A DNA stretch of 54,843 nt from Girardia tigrina (lineage: Eukaryota). Made by a program: the position numbers and the translations under genes. Numbering within the stretch: position 1 is the stretch's first letter; every line of letters starts with the position of its first letter. Positions 24,508 through 36,629 of this stretch are shown piece after piece. The stretch is taken from NCBI GenBank assembly GCA_001938485.1, contig MQRK01231607.1, forward strand, positions 1 to 54,843, given 5' to 3'. The notes under the pieces are model-generated. The model ran no database searches, was not told the origin of the DNA, and worked only from the letters and a program-made list of their open reading frames with translations.

Positions 24508-25559
24508 TATAACGCAAATGTTTTTGGAAGTAAAATTTTAATGATATTTTATATAAAATAAAAACTAATGTATCTAAACAGTAAAAATAGTTATACTAAG
24601 AGAGATTTTTAAAGAGATTTCTATTATATTTTGATAATACAATTGAAGGAATTAAGGAAAATAAAATTATTAGAATTATTAATTAAATATATTTAAAAAA
24701 AATGCAGAAAATGTATTTTGTTTATAATAACTCAACTAAGAAATAGGCGGACATTCAAATAAAACAAAATGTGTCACCAATTTATGTCATGGGTAAAGAC
24801 AAACGGTTAGACTTACCAAATAATGGCGTGGGTCATATTTCACTTTGCCCATTCCGAAAATCAACATGGAGCCATCAATGTTCTTTTATCACATACACAA
24901 AATACAGATCCTATATTCGTTTTAAGAAGACCATATTTTTTGTTAATTATTAGATTTTAAAAAATACGACATTTCAGTAATACAATTACATTATACAATT
25001 TAACTGTATTTTTTTAATATTTCTTTTACATTTAGGATTGCTAAAATTGAATCAACAAAATAGTTAAGAGACCAATATTTATTTAATTAATTTATCTTAG
25101 AATTTTAAGATTCTTTCCTAATATAAAAATCAATTATACGAATCCTTCAACATGGGAAAAATGGTTTAATTAGGATATTGTTATTATTAAAAGCAATGAC
25201 ACAATTACTCTGCTCACATTTTGAGTCATCACGACTCTCGGATGTTCTTTCACCATTTCACATCATTCTAATTAGTGTGGTTTCTGAATTTTTAATAATG
25301 ATTATTCAAACAAATTTCTTAATATTTATTGTTGTTTAGACTTTAAAATATTTCGTAAAATTATAAAAAAAATAATTAAACTAATTTTAAAATTATTCAA
25401 ACTTCTAAAATGTCTTTAATTAAAACATTCAACATGCTTATTTTAATTTTTGAAAAATATAACTTATATTAGAAATTACTCAATATTATTACTTTTTAAA
25501 TTTAAATTCTATCAGATTATTTAACTTGCATTAATGTAAAAAATTTTAATTCTGTTCGA

Positions 25560-25880
25560 ATGATCAGTTATCGCAAATACAAAGAAATAGCAATTTTCCA
25601 GATGGATTGGAGACTCACAATTCCTGTTTCAGCACGCTCAAATAAACATACCGCATCCATTCACAATTTAAAATATTCGTTACAGTGATTACGATTAACA
25701 AATTGAAGATTAGAATTGAAAAGAATAGGAATGAATTAGTTTCAAAGCATGTACGTCAATGTAGCATTAGCACTAAGATTATTTTAAAAATAAAATATCT
25801 CATCATTTCCATCACAAGTTTAATTGAACTGTTCTGAAAATGATCAAGTTTTCTTTTCAAAGCTAAATTACAACTAGTTT
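25560..25880 (+). mobile_element. Degenerate Penelope GIY-YIG remnant
   Basis: WIGDSQ..VSARSNKH...LVSKHVRQC, cf. YIGET.R.L..R..EH....H...C. Confidence 0.35.
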
Positions 25881-25942
25881 TATCATTCCTCGTCTAATCA
25901 AAAAACGCAAAATCGATTAACTTGATAACGAATATCAAACTA

Positions 25943-26414
25943 CAGTGAAAGCCGCTTAATAGGACCAGTAAAAGTCGGTTAATGGGACCACTCATGAAAC
26001 TGTTTGACCCTTCAAACAACATGAAAGTCATGAAAAACGTGTTTTTAGCGTAGGTCATACACCCACCCCAATCAACATACACATACACACGTAACAAAGA
26101 AGCAGGTCTTGACTTAATTTGTACTTACTGCATTTGTTCTTATCTCTTTAGCTGCAGAGAGCACCTGCTACATTTGTAGCACACACACACAGGACACAGC
26201 AAGAGGAAGTGTCCTGCAAGCAAACGTACAGTTAGTGGCGGTAACCCCATACACTTATCATCCCAGGTACGCATGTGTGTGTGTCGCCTAACTCTACATC
26301 AATCTTGCTAGAGCACAATGGGGAGGGTTGCAGACTGGCTGCTGACGAGAGCTGCAGCAAGCTCACACCCTCTTATGAAATCGTCACCACCAACTTCTCT
26401 CTTGCTGGTAGGAC
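25943..26414 (+). mobile_element. pogo/Tigger-like element left end running into the gap
   Basis: TA|CAGTGAAAGCCGCTTAATAGGACCA followed by the subterminal repeat TTAATGGGACCA. GC content is much higher than the flanks. Confidence 0.5.
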
Positions 26415-27400
26415 NNNNNNNNNNNNNNNNNNNNNNNNNNNNNNNNNNNNNNNNNNNNNNNNNNNNNNNNNNNNNNNNNNNNNNNNNNNNNNNNNNNNNN
26501 NNNNNNNNNNNNNNNNNNNNNNNNNNNNNNNNNNNNNNNNNNNNNNNNNNNNNNNNNNNNNNNNNNNNNNNNNNNNNNNNNNNNNNNNNNNNNNNNNNNN
26601 NNNNNNNNNNNNNNNNNNNNNNNNNNNNNNNNNNNNNNNNNNNNNNNNNNNNNNNNNNNNNNNNNNNNNNNNNNNNNNNNNNNNNNNNNNNNNNNNNNNN
26701 NNNNNNNNNNNNNNNNNNNNNNNNNNNNNNNNNNNNNNNNNNNNNNNNNNNNNNNNNNNNNNNNNNNNNNNNNNNNNNNNNNNNNNNNNNNNNNNNNNNN
26801 NNNNNNNNNNNNNNNNNNNNNNNNNNNNNNNNNNNNNNNNNNNNNNNNNNNNNNNNNNNNNNNNNNNNNNNNNNNNNNNNNNNNNNNNNNNNNNNNNNNN
26901 NNNNNNNNNNNNNNNNNNNNNNNNNNNNNNNNNNNNNNNNNNNNNNNNNNNNNNNNNNNNNNNNNNNNNNNNNNNNNNNNNNNNNNNNNNNNNNNNNNNN
27001 NNNNNNNNNNNNNNNNNNNNNNNNNNNNNNNNNNNNNNNNNNNNNNNNNNNNNNNNNNNNNNNNNNNNNNNNNNNNNNNNNNNNNNNNNNNNNNNNNNNN
27101 NNNNNNNNNNNNNNNNNNNNNNNNNNNNNNNNNNNNNNNNNNNNNNNNNNNNNNNNNNNNNNNNNNNNNNNNNNNNNNNNNNNNNNNNNNNNNNNNNNNN
27201 NNNNNNNNNNNNNNNNNNNNNNNNNNNNNNNNNNNNNNNNNNNNNNNNNNNNNNNNNNNNNNNNNNNNNNNNNNNNNNNNNNNNNNNNNNNNNNNNNNNN
27301 NNNNNNNNNNNNNNNNNNNNNNNNNNNNNNNNNNNNNNNNNNNNNNNNNNNNNNNNNNNNNNNNNNNNNNNNNNNNNNNNNNNNNNNNNNNNNNNNNNNN
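26415..27400. other. Assembly gap (N run)
   Basis: 986 N bases. Confidence 1.

Positions 27401-27437
<37 letters not shown>
27401..27437. repeat. (TA)n microsatellite; others at about 28841-28884, 36128-36156, 36592-36624 and 47374-47407
   Basis: Direct reading of the sequence. Confidence 0.95.
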
Positions 27438-27439
<2 letters not shown>

Positions 27440-27476
27440 CGAAAATATAATTTGATTAGAGTTTTTTATATAATTT

Positions 27477-27516
27477 TTGGACATGTTTCGATGTTTACAT
27501 ACATCATCATCAGCAA
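27477..27516 (-). ncRNA. Minimal type I hammerhead ribozyme (canonical GUC site)
   Basis: Minus strand: TTG-CTGATGA-T-GATGT ATGTAA ACATC-GAAACATGTC-CAA. Perfect stem II, palindromic stem III ACATGT, GUC cleavage triplet, 3-bp stem I. Confidence 0.85.
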
Positions 27517-28343
27517 TTTTCAGATGTTTAGTATATGAATATTAAATTGTTTGAATAATACAATTTGAACAGATACATTTACTTTAAAAGGTAACGAAAA
27601 AATTAATTATTATTATTTTGGTTTTCAGAAATCAATCCCTCATAGAACCATTCCTAACATTCATGAATGGTCTTAATAATATATCTAAAAATTTATTTAT
27701 TTATTAATATAGAATAAAACATAATATGAATACATAAATAAGAACATTTTTTAATTATTCATAAATCAATAAAAAAAATAAGAGGACAAAATAATTTTAA
27801 AAATTAGCAACTATAAGTTTAATGAAAACTTTTCTTTTTAAGTTGAAGACAATTGGTTTTATTCCCTATATATGTGGCTCTTACAGTGGATGACTTGTTT
27901 GAATATCTCTCAATAAAAATTGTATTATGTAGCGTAATTTGTATTGGTTCCGCGTTGCGCATCCAATCAATAATTTTAGTCCTCAAATGGACTGTTTCTC
28001 GTTCTCTTTCATTACTATCCAACATATTTGATATAACTCCGGACAAATTGAAGAGATTCGACAAGTCGCTCTCTTCGTCGACAATCGTCAGCAATACGCG
28101 CAAAACACCTGCGATGTATACCCCGATTCAATTTTTTTGCAATTCACAAAATATCTAGTTTCTCAACAATCTATATATAATGTTATATATCATTCGATAG
28201 GGAATTTAAAACTGCATATTAAAAATTCAACACATCTTTGTTTTAACGTATTACTTTAATTGTCTTTCCAATTTTGCATTTTTGAAAGTTGTAAATCGAT
28301 TCAAAATTTTTGCATTAGTAATAAAAGTAAGCTGTTGTTTTTA

Positions 28344-28382
28344 NNNNNNNNNNNNNNNNNNNNNNNNNNNNNNNNNNNNNNN
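28344..28382. other. Assembly gap (another at 31164-31220)
   Basis: N run. Confidence 1.
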
Positions 28383-28720
28383 CTTTAGATGACTTTATCA
28401 TCTGAATTACGAAATTTAATTTATGAAAAATTAAGGGAGAACATGACCAAAGTCGACATTGCTAAGGCATATAATGTAAGTTTAAGGACCGTATATGGCA
28501 TTGAAAGGCAAGGAGTAGAACTCAAACCTTCTGTTAAACGTTCGAAAAATGCTAGGAAATCAAAATAAGTTGTTAGAAGGGCTGTTAATGCATTCAAAAT
28601 GAAATATGAGCGCACATCTTGCACTAAAATAGCTAATATAATTATTACACCTTTCTCTAAAAGTACTGTGAGACGAAACTTAATCTCACTAGGTTACAAA
28701 TATGTTCCTAGTGTATGTTC
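28383..28720 (+). mobile_element. Tc1-like transposase N-terminal HTH fragment
   Basis: LRNLIYEKLRENMTKVDIAKAYNVSLRTVYGI ... SKSTVRRNLISLGYKY. Confidence 0.65.
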
Positions 28721-28836
28721 CATTATTTTATTTATTTTCAAAAAATTTCAATTTATTTTCAAAAAATTGTGCAGAAATTTTACTTTAACGACTTTCTATT
28801 TAAACATTTTTGAACATTTAAAAATAACTTAAATTA

Positions 28837-28887
<51 letters not shown>

Positions 28888-29029
28888 CAAAGAAAATCAC
28901 TACAGCGACGCAATCCTCTCGAGATTACTCAAAAATTACAAAATTTTATTTCAAATTTTAACAGTTGATAAATTTAATTAACTTAATATACCTAAGTTCG
29001 ATAAATCATTCGAATTTTCTCAACCAGTA

Positions 29030-30230
29030 ATATTAAAAACACTTATGATTTTCAACACCTCAACTTCTATTGGGATTGGAAATTGTCTCTGCGACAACTC
29101 CAAAATAAAACAACCGTCATTTGACAAACGAATTACATTGATAAGATCTTAAAATGAATCGTTTTAAAAGAATTCTTAGAATAAAGATTTCCATTTTAGA
29201 CAATTGAATTAATTTTAACGATTTAATTTTAAAAACCTTCAATAAATCGATTTATTAATTTCATCTTAAATTTTACATTAAAATTATTTTATTGATTTTT
29301 AATGAACATCCTTTATTCAATCGATTTTAGAAACTTAATGGTAACTTTTTATCTTTAATAAAGTTAATGAATTCTTTTTAATAATTTAACATTTTAAATA
29401 TGTTTTGTTTCAATTTAAAAAGAAAATGATACTTGAACAATCCCGAAGCTCAAATTTCAATTTACATGGAGAAAACCATTTCTAAATACCAAATTTTAAA
29501 TATTCCTCACAAACAAATTATTAAATAGCAACTTAATGTAATTTAGTTTAAGTTATACCAATTATTGCGTTTCCGTTTTTAAGTTTTATAGAAATTTGAA
29601 AATTAATTCAGGAACTATTCTTGAATAAGGAAATTAGTGTAATAATATATTCTATAGGGTTGGTTAAAACTATGTTCTAAACAAAAGTTGAGCCACAAGA
29701 GATTTGATGAACACAAAACAATAAACATGTAATTAAATATAACAATAAAAACAAACAAAAGAATTGAAAATAGTTTCGGAAGATGCGCTTGCTGATGTAA
29801 TGTAAAGATAAATAGAGATGAATTTTGATATCTGTTTAGATGAATATTTTTGTCTACATTCTTTAACCTTTTTGTCGGTAATTGACTTTATGAAGGTTGG
29901 GGTTGCACATTTTGGGTGAGATTAATAATTCAAGAATCATTCACCCTTGTTTTCTGAAATCCTTTAAAATTCGCAATTTTTTGGAAACTTTGTCTAACTT
30001 TCTGAGTAATATGACAGTAATAAGATATTAATGTCACAGTAATATGTTAGAAACAATAACATTACCGTGAAGAAAATCACATAATTCAGCATAATAAACA
30101 AATCTTATTAAATTATTTAAGTTTCATTTGACAATAAATCTCTTGATCTAACAGAAATACTTGTAGGAAAACATAAAAATCGAATCTCATCTGAAAGGTC
30201 AATGCTTGTGATACTTATGGGGTCTATTAA
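29030..30230 (-). mobile_element. Degenerate Penelope-like pre-RT region
   Basis: Pieces resembling LS.GLNFC (about 29680) and DLII...D.G..IL (about 29100-29150) in PLE order. Confidence 0.35.
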
Positions 30231-30725
30231 GAACACTCAGAGGATTTTCAAAATAATTTACAATTCAAATTACAATTTATTTACAATTCGATTGCAAGAT
30301 AATTTATAATTTAAATTACAAAATAATTTTCATTATTTAAAAAAATATTTTAAATATATTATTTAAGATATAATAATTTAATTTTAATGTTGTTTATTAA
30401 CACCACAATCAGAATTGTTATGACACCAATTATCCAAAAGACTTTCGCTATTTGACATTTTCTAGATTAATATTTTTTTCTGAATTCATACTAATTATTT
30501 TCAATAAATGAAAATCTTTTAATAAAATTTATTAATTATAAATAATCTAATTGATTAAAATTAAATCTAAACTATTTTAAAAAAAGTACATATTAAATTA
30601 AGATATTAAAATTTTAAATTACATTAAAAATTGAATATTAAATTCAAAAATTATTTTAAATCTTTTTACTTTAAAATTAAATTAAATTATTTTTAATTAG
30701 TAGGAATCAAAGAAAATATCAATCA

Positions 30726-30805
30726 TCCATCTGTGTAGGAGAGGCACAATCCGAATCAACACACGACATGCACAATATCAACACACAATTCAAAACATTC
30801 CTCAC
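30726..30805 (-). ncRNA. G/U-rich long hairpin, family copy B
   Basis: Stems GAGG/CCTC, TTTGAATT/GATTCGGA, GTGTG/TGTGT (all wobble) and TGATAT/ATGTCG. 3' tail CCTACACAGATGGAT is shared with copy A. Confidence 0.45.
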
Positions 30806-30871
30806 ATTATTTATTTACATTTTTAAATTGTCAAAATAATACGATATTTAAAACATTCAAAATATAAATCT

Positions 30872-30951
30872 TTCATATGGGTGAGAGGAACACAATCGAA
30901 AGCAACATACCAAATAACATATAATAAACACCATTCAAAAATATTCCTCAC
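30872..30951 (-). ncRNA. G/U-rich long hairpin, family copy C (tandem with B)
   Basis: 9-bp basal stem GAGGAATAT/GTGTTCCTC, plus TTGAA/TTCGA and TATTA/TGGTA. Followed by ATATGA (ANANNA). Confidence 0.45.
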
Positions 30952-31239
30952 TAGCTAAATATAATGTCGCTAAGTTTTACCTTAGCGAAATTGTCAAAGA
31001 ATATTGTAAAACCGCACTTTTTTACTCAACCAATATTTTGTTAGGGTTCCAAAAAATACATGTGAACATTTTTGATAAAATTTTATAAAGGAAAATTTTT
31101 AAAAAATTCTTTTAGTAAAATTATTAATTTCAAATAAAATAATATTTAGTCTAACAAAACTTGNNNNNNNNNNNNNNNNNNNNNNNNNNNNNNNNNNNNN
31201 NNNNNNNNNNNNNNNNNNNNTTTGTTTTATCTCATCAAT

Positions 31240-32050
31240 TTTCAAGGCTGAGGAAAATTACTATATAAACAACATCAAATTCAGTTTTAGTTTGCCCAAA
31301 AATATTTGCAAGAAATTTTAACTGAAGAGAATTGTTCGTAAGTAGAGTTATCATTAATATTTACTTTATATTTTTTCAAACTTGAACAAAACCTGTAGTA
31401 TCCTCTATTGGAGAACAAGGTTTACAGAAGAGGTCTAAGTTTAAATCAAAGCATCGTTCGTTTTGGGAGATTCACAGTTTTTACTGTAATCTGTTAACTC
31501 GCACGAAATATTGATTGTATTTGTATTCTGTCATCAAAGAATTGAATTATTATTATTATTTGTGACTTGTTGATCTTTGTTATTTGAAATAAAGGTTGAT
31601 AAAAGAATTTGTGTTCATTATTCATATATTTATGTTGGAAGACCTTTCTGAATAATTGGAGTCAGATCAAAAGATAAAAGATTATTGATTGAGAATTATT
31701 GATAAAAGATCATTGATTGAGAATTATTGATAAAAGATTATTGATTGAGAATTATTGATTAAAGATTATTGACTAAAGATTATTGATTATGGAATTAAGA
31801 AAAGAGATTTACGATTAAAGATAAAGATTTAAGATTTGTGTTTTTAAAAAGTGAATAATTGAAGTTAAAGACATTTTTAATAATTTTAAAACCCAACAAT
31901 TTCAGTCGTCTTCGAATTACCACAGAAAGAGTTGAAAGGTTGTTTATTAGCTTATTTCGTATAAATGCATATAAGGTAGCAGTTGGACTATTCACACCAG
32001 TTATCCAAAATCATTACATTTCATGTTTTGTGCAGACAATTTGAAGTTAG
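31240..32050 (-). mobile_element. Probable Penelope-like N-terminal region remnant
   Basis: N/S/K-rich broken frames with an LNLDLFC motif (cf. L.LGLNFC). Weak. Confidence 0.3.
31673..31790. repeat. Minisatellite, 28-bp unit GATAAAAGATTATTGATTGAGAATTATT, about 3 full units plus half-units
   Basis: Units start at 31673, 31701, 31729 and 31757. Each is built from a 14-bp subunit. Confidence 0.95.
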
Positions 32051-34849
32051 CTAAATCATGCTGATTTGTTTGTATGTCTCTCCCAAAAAATATGTAAACG
32101 GAATTGAAAGTATTTATCCCATATAGTAATTAATAGAACTTTAATTTATGTGTAAAGTCTTGAGGGTCACAAAGTACTAGAAGTATCAAATACCTACTGT
32201 GAAATATTGCAAGGTCATTGTTACAAATTTTTATTATTTTAGTCTATATGCAATCAGTCGATCCCATTGATATGTGGTGCGGATAAAAAGTCCTTAGACT
32301 CGTATAGACATAAAATAATTAATTGATGACAATTTTACTATAGAACAACAAATATATACAGGTAAATAATATCAAGTTTGTTCAACTGTGTTAATGTTTT
32401 GTAATTTAACTTCCAAAAAATGTACCACCTGTGGAATATCGCAGCGTTATTCAATTTTTGCTTTGGAGGAAGACTTAAAAGAAGGACATAATGCGTCAGC
32501 AGCCGGAAAAATAAGGAAATAAATCTCCAATATTTTTGAATTTCAGTATTATTGCCTTTGCCGTCGATGAATCCAGACACGGATTTAGGCCCATTCTTTA
32601 TCTTTACTTACTAACTGTCAAATAATGCCAAGTTATGTGAGAACATTCTTGCCATGAGATATTTCCTTTCGATTCTCCGGAGAAGATATTTCTCTAGGCA
32701 TTAAAAATTTATGATCCGATTGGACTAAATTTTAAATATCAAGTAGCTCTTAATCTTTCGCTTTATTAAAAGGCATTATGTACACTAATAAATGTTTTAA
32801 ATGAAGTTTTACGGGGATTTTGTACCACACCGATGTTTATTGTCTTCCTCAGGTGAAAAAATACGATAAATATGTTCAGCTTTGGAAATAAATTGAGTAG
32901 TAATATTCTATCAAAGAGGAATTGTCTCAACGATGTATGCAGAGAAGAATTTGTCAGAAGTCCTTTTTGTCAGAAAATGTTTACGATTTATCAATTTAAA
33001 TTACTTAAATTTCATTTAAATTACTTTTGACACAAAAGCAAAATATGTCTTCCTATCTGAAATTACACTTTTAAAAAGAATTTGCCTCTTGGGAACCTTT
33101 ACGTTTGGTTGAGTGGTTTTTTGTTGATGGTAAATTTTTATGCATAGTAGAACAAGATATTTTAATAATTAATACTACTGAAACAAGCAATACTGCTGAA
33201 AGACCTTTGTGGGGTCTTCGTTTTCCTCATATAGGAAGGCATCGCTCATTTGTTGCCAAATTGCTTGCAGTTAATTTTCTACCATGCCCTAAATGGTCAT
33301 ATTGTTTTCCAAGTTCTTTAATTAGATTAATTATTTTAGTAGCAGGTCATTTTCCAATAGGTCAAAGCTGCGAATTTACAATCTGCAGAATTTCCTTCTG
33401 GTAGATGGTGATGATTGAATCTCGATGGGCAGACTTTCTTGATATCTAATTAATATAAAATCATCAATAAAATAACCTAAAAAATCTTTGGGATCCCATA
33501 AATTGTATAATTTAGTATCAAAATGCCTACAAAAGCATGATAATAACCACATCCGTTTGTCCTAATTATGCGAACCATCTCTTACAAATACAAATTCATA
33601 CACTAAATCGTTTAATTAACCCATAAATATGAAATAAAAATCGAATATTTACCGAACCACCTACGTTATTTTGTCTTAATATATATCTGGTTTTTACAAA
33701 TTAATTTTAGAATGATTATCACTTTATAAATTATTAAATATTTTTGAATGATTGAGAGTAATTATATAATTAAAATATAAAATTAATCTAATTGATCAAC
33801 TTTTATTAACATCAGCAGCTGTCCCTCATTATAAACAGACAAAACAGAACTGTCTCTGAGAGATTCGTCCGATTTGGACCGCACTGGAATAGGTCGTCAT
33901 CGTATTCGTGTCCTAAATGCATCCTTCTGTCTTTCTTTAATATTACTTACACTGAATTTATGTAAGGATGGAACAGGGAGACTGTACCCTCATGACAACT
34001 GGTAAAAATACAGAGAATACTTTCCAAGTCGCGTGTACGATTGCTTTTAAATAATTGAAGTTAAAACTTTATTACATATTTATTTTATAAAAGATAATCT
34101 TTCTGAAGTCGTAATTATGTAGTTAAATTGAACATGAGAATTTTTTGAATAATGAGAATTGTCCAATTTTGAATAAAATATAAGTCTAAGAAATGTAGGG
34201 TACATAAATGTTATAAAATGCTTTAACACTGATTTTTAATTCCATTCAGGGCGCAGTAGCTATTTGCGAACACATAATATAGGCGCCAGACTTTTCTGTG
34301 TGATTTAGTAACAGTATTTACCGTTACAGGTAGCAGTTATTGTCGCCTTGGCTGCAGAACACACCGATTCTTAAACTACTGCATTCTTGAAGCTCGCCTG
34401 ATTATTTGTATTTAAAGTTCATAAAGAAATTGGAGTTGCAAAGGAGGATGTGGCCGAATTTTCCAAACGAACTATATTTCCAATGTTATGACTAGAGTCA
34501 CCTTTTTTTCGCATTCATGAAAAAACCCCACCAAATCGCGAAAAAATACGAAAAAGTATTATGAACATGAAAAATTGCTAAAAATGACTGAATTGTAAAA
34601 AATAATAAGAAATTGTTACTTAATTATCAAACAATAATTTTTATTTGATGAATATTATTAAAAGTTAAATAAAAGCCATAATAAATTTTCCAATTTGCAA
34701 AATTAAATGAAATGATCTTCAAATTAGATTAGTAAAAAAAATAATTTCTTCAAATTACACAAGTAAATAAAATTATTTTTAAAATACAAAGTAAATAAAT
34801 TGATCCCTTAAATTACTTAAGTTAATAAAAAATCCTTTAAATTATAACA

Positions 34850-35190
34850 GGGGTTTTAAGGACATTATTTGGATACAGAGTAGAATTACAGAACTTTAGA
34901 GTTTTCTTACCGGATAATGCCTCTTGCATGGGAAAGGCATTTCGAGATGTATTTCTCATAAAATCTAACACATCACTTGCATCGCTCATATTCTGAACAT
35001 AAGTGGAGAAGAGTAGCGTAAAACGTTTGATAATGTTGATAAGTTATTTGAGCTTGTTAAGGCGATTCTGGTTAAGGCAGCTGATCGATATGTGCGGTTT
35101 CTAATGTATCTTCGTCAGCAGAATGTGGAGTCACCAACTCAACCTCCAGAATCATGTGTAACACATTAGGTCACCTGGTTTCAACCTTCA
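34850..35190 (+). mobile_element. hAT-like DDE transposase fragment
   Basis: LTDNASCMGKAF followed by HITCIAHILN (frameshifted) and a terminal T.*VTW (cf. TRWGTW). Confidence 0.7.
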
Positions 35191-36124
35191 CCGAAATCTG
35201 ACCACGTCTAGATTAAGTTATTAAGGCCCAAGAAGCGCACTTTTGAATGTGTTAGCAATGCAAACAAAATATAAATTCTTTAAAAAAATATTTATTTCAT
35301 AATTGAAATTAATTATCGCTTGTTTATAAGAAAACATAATTGACAATTAAATTAAAATATTTTCAGAGATGTTTCATTTATTTTTATTCAAATACGATAA
35401 AGTTTTAAAGAACTCATAAATGATGATGACCTAGGTCCATGATCCAGTATATCAGGACGCCTTGGCTGACAGACAAATTTATATTTTGAGTAAATGTAAC
35501 CTAATAAAATCTCTTATTTTCAGTTTATGAATTAAACAAGTTAATATGTTAATATTAATATTAATAATGACATTTTTAAACCAATAGTGTACAGCGTATG
35601 ATAGTCATATATATTAATATATTAATATATTTTTATATTTACATATTTATATATTTATATATTTATATATTTTAAAATGAAATATTTATATTTAAACTGC
35701 TATTACTAATTAAAGTTATTAAATAATAAAATAATCAAAAAACAAAAAAAGAATTATAAATTTCATTAGTAATGAAATTTAACTTCCTTTCATAAAACAA
35801 ACCTTTTTCTAAACCCAAAAAGTGTATTGAGAAAAAAATAATCGTTATTAAAAAATGAAAATTTTATGGAATATTTATTCATAAATCAGTTTTTTGTTTG
35901 ACATTTTCGAGGAATTTATTTTGTAATTTTTATTTTTTTCTCGTATTTTCTTCAATATTTTCAATAAAATAAATTATACTGCAACAGAAAATATATATTC
36001 AAAATGAATATTTTTAATAAATTTTTCCTCATTTACGAATAATGTCATAATTTACAAGAAATTCATTTTGATAAATTTTGCTGTATCATGTTTTAACATC
36101 TTTGTCATAATATTCATTATACAT

Positions 36125-36159
<35 letters not shown>

Positions 36160-36583
36160 CAGTCAAATTTTTTTAATGTAAAATATTTTTTTAATTTAAC
36201 ATTTTAAAGATTGAATTTACTTTGTTTGATCTACTCTGAATGGTAATTAATGACTGGATGCAGGGTCTGACCCCTTGAAATTCACAAAACTGCCGCTCAA
36301 TGTAAGATTCAAAAATTTGAAATCATTGAATAATTATTTATGGAGATAAAATGTGCGTTTAGAAAAATTAAGTAATTCGAGAATATCAAAGAAATGAAAA
36401 TGAACTTCAAGCTCTTACTTTGAGAAAATAAAATGTCGTAAAAAGTTATTAATAAAATGTTTATTGCAATAAAATCCTAAAAAATATAATATTTACTGAT
36501 AAAATCAGGCTTACATTTACATTTTATTAGATTTTTTATAAAATTCCAAAACACTTACAATAATCAATTTCTTAAAAACATCT

Positions 36584-36629
<46 letters not shown>

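Noticed and set aside
25597-25675. Fourth copy of hairpin family A/B/C or an H/ACA 3' hairpin (shares GGAATTGTG and CCAGATGGAT)
   Set aside because: Better explained as a decayed GIY-YIG coding segment, and it lacks the GAGGAAT 5' motif.
26342-26370. CTGACGA-GAGC/GCTC hairpin as a hammerhead
   Set aside because: The GAAA after stem II is missing.
26275-27538. Three long ORFs of 366-406 aa
   Set aside because: Artefacts of translating through the N gap and the (TA)n tract.
31322-31345. CTGAAGA-GAA/TTC-GTAA as a hammerhead
   Set aside because: GAAA is mutated, there is no stem III, and it is antisense to the surrounding PLE-like remnant.
31673-31790. 28-bp repeat array as CRISPR
   Set aside because: Head-to-tail minisatellite with no unique spacers, in a eukaryotic context.
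32300-33460. Non-LTR ORF1 zinc knuckle/APE endonuclease remnant on the minus strand
   Set aside because: Motif-like scraps are too degenerate and not in consistent order. It is probably a TE but I cannot call it.
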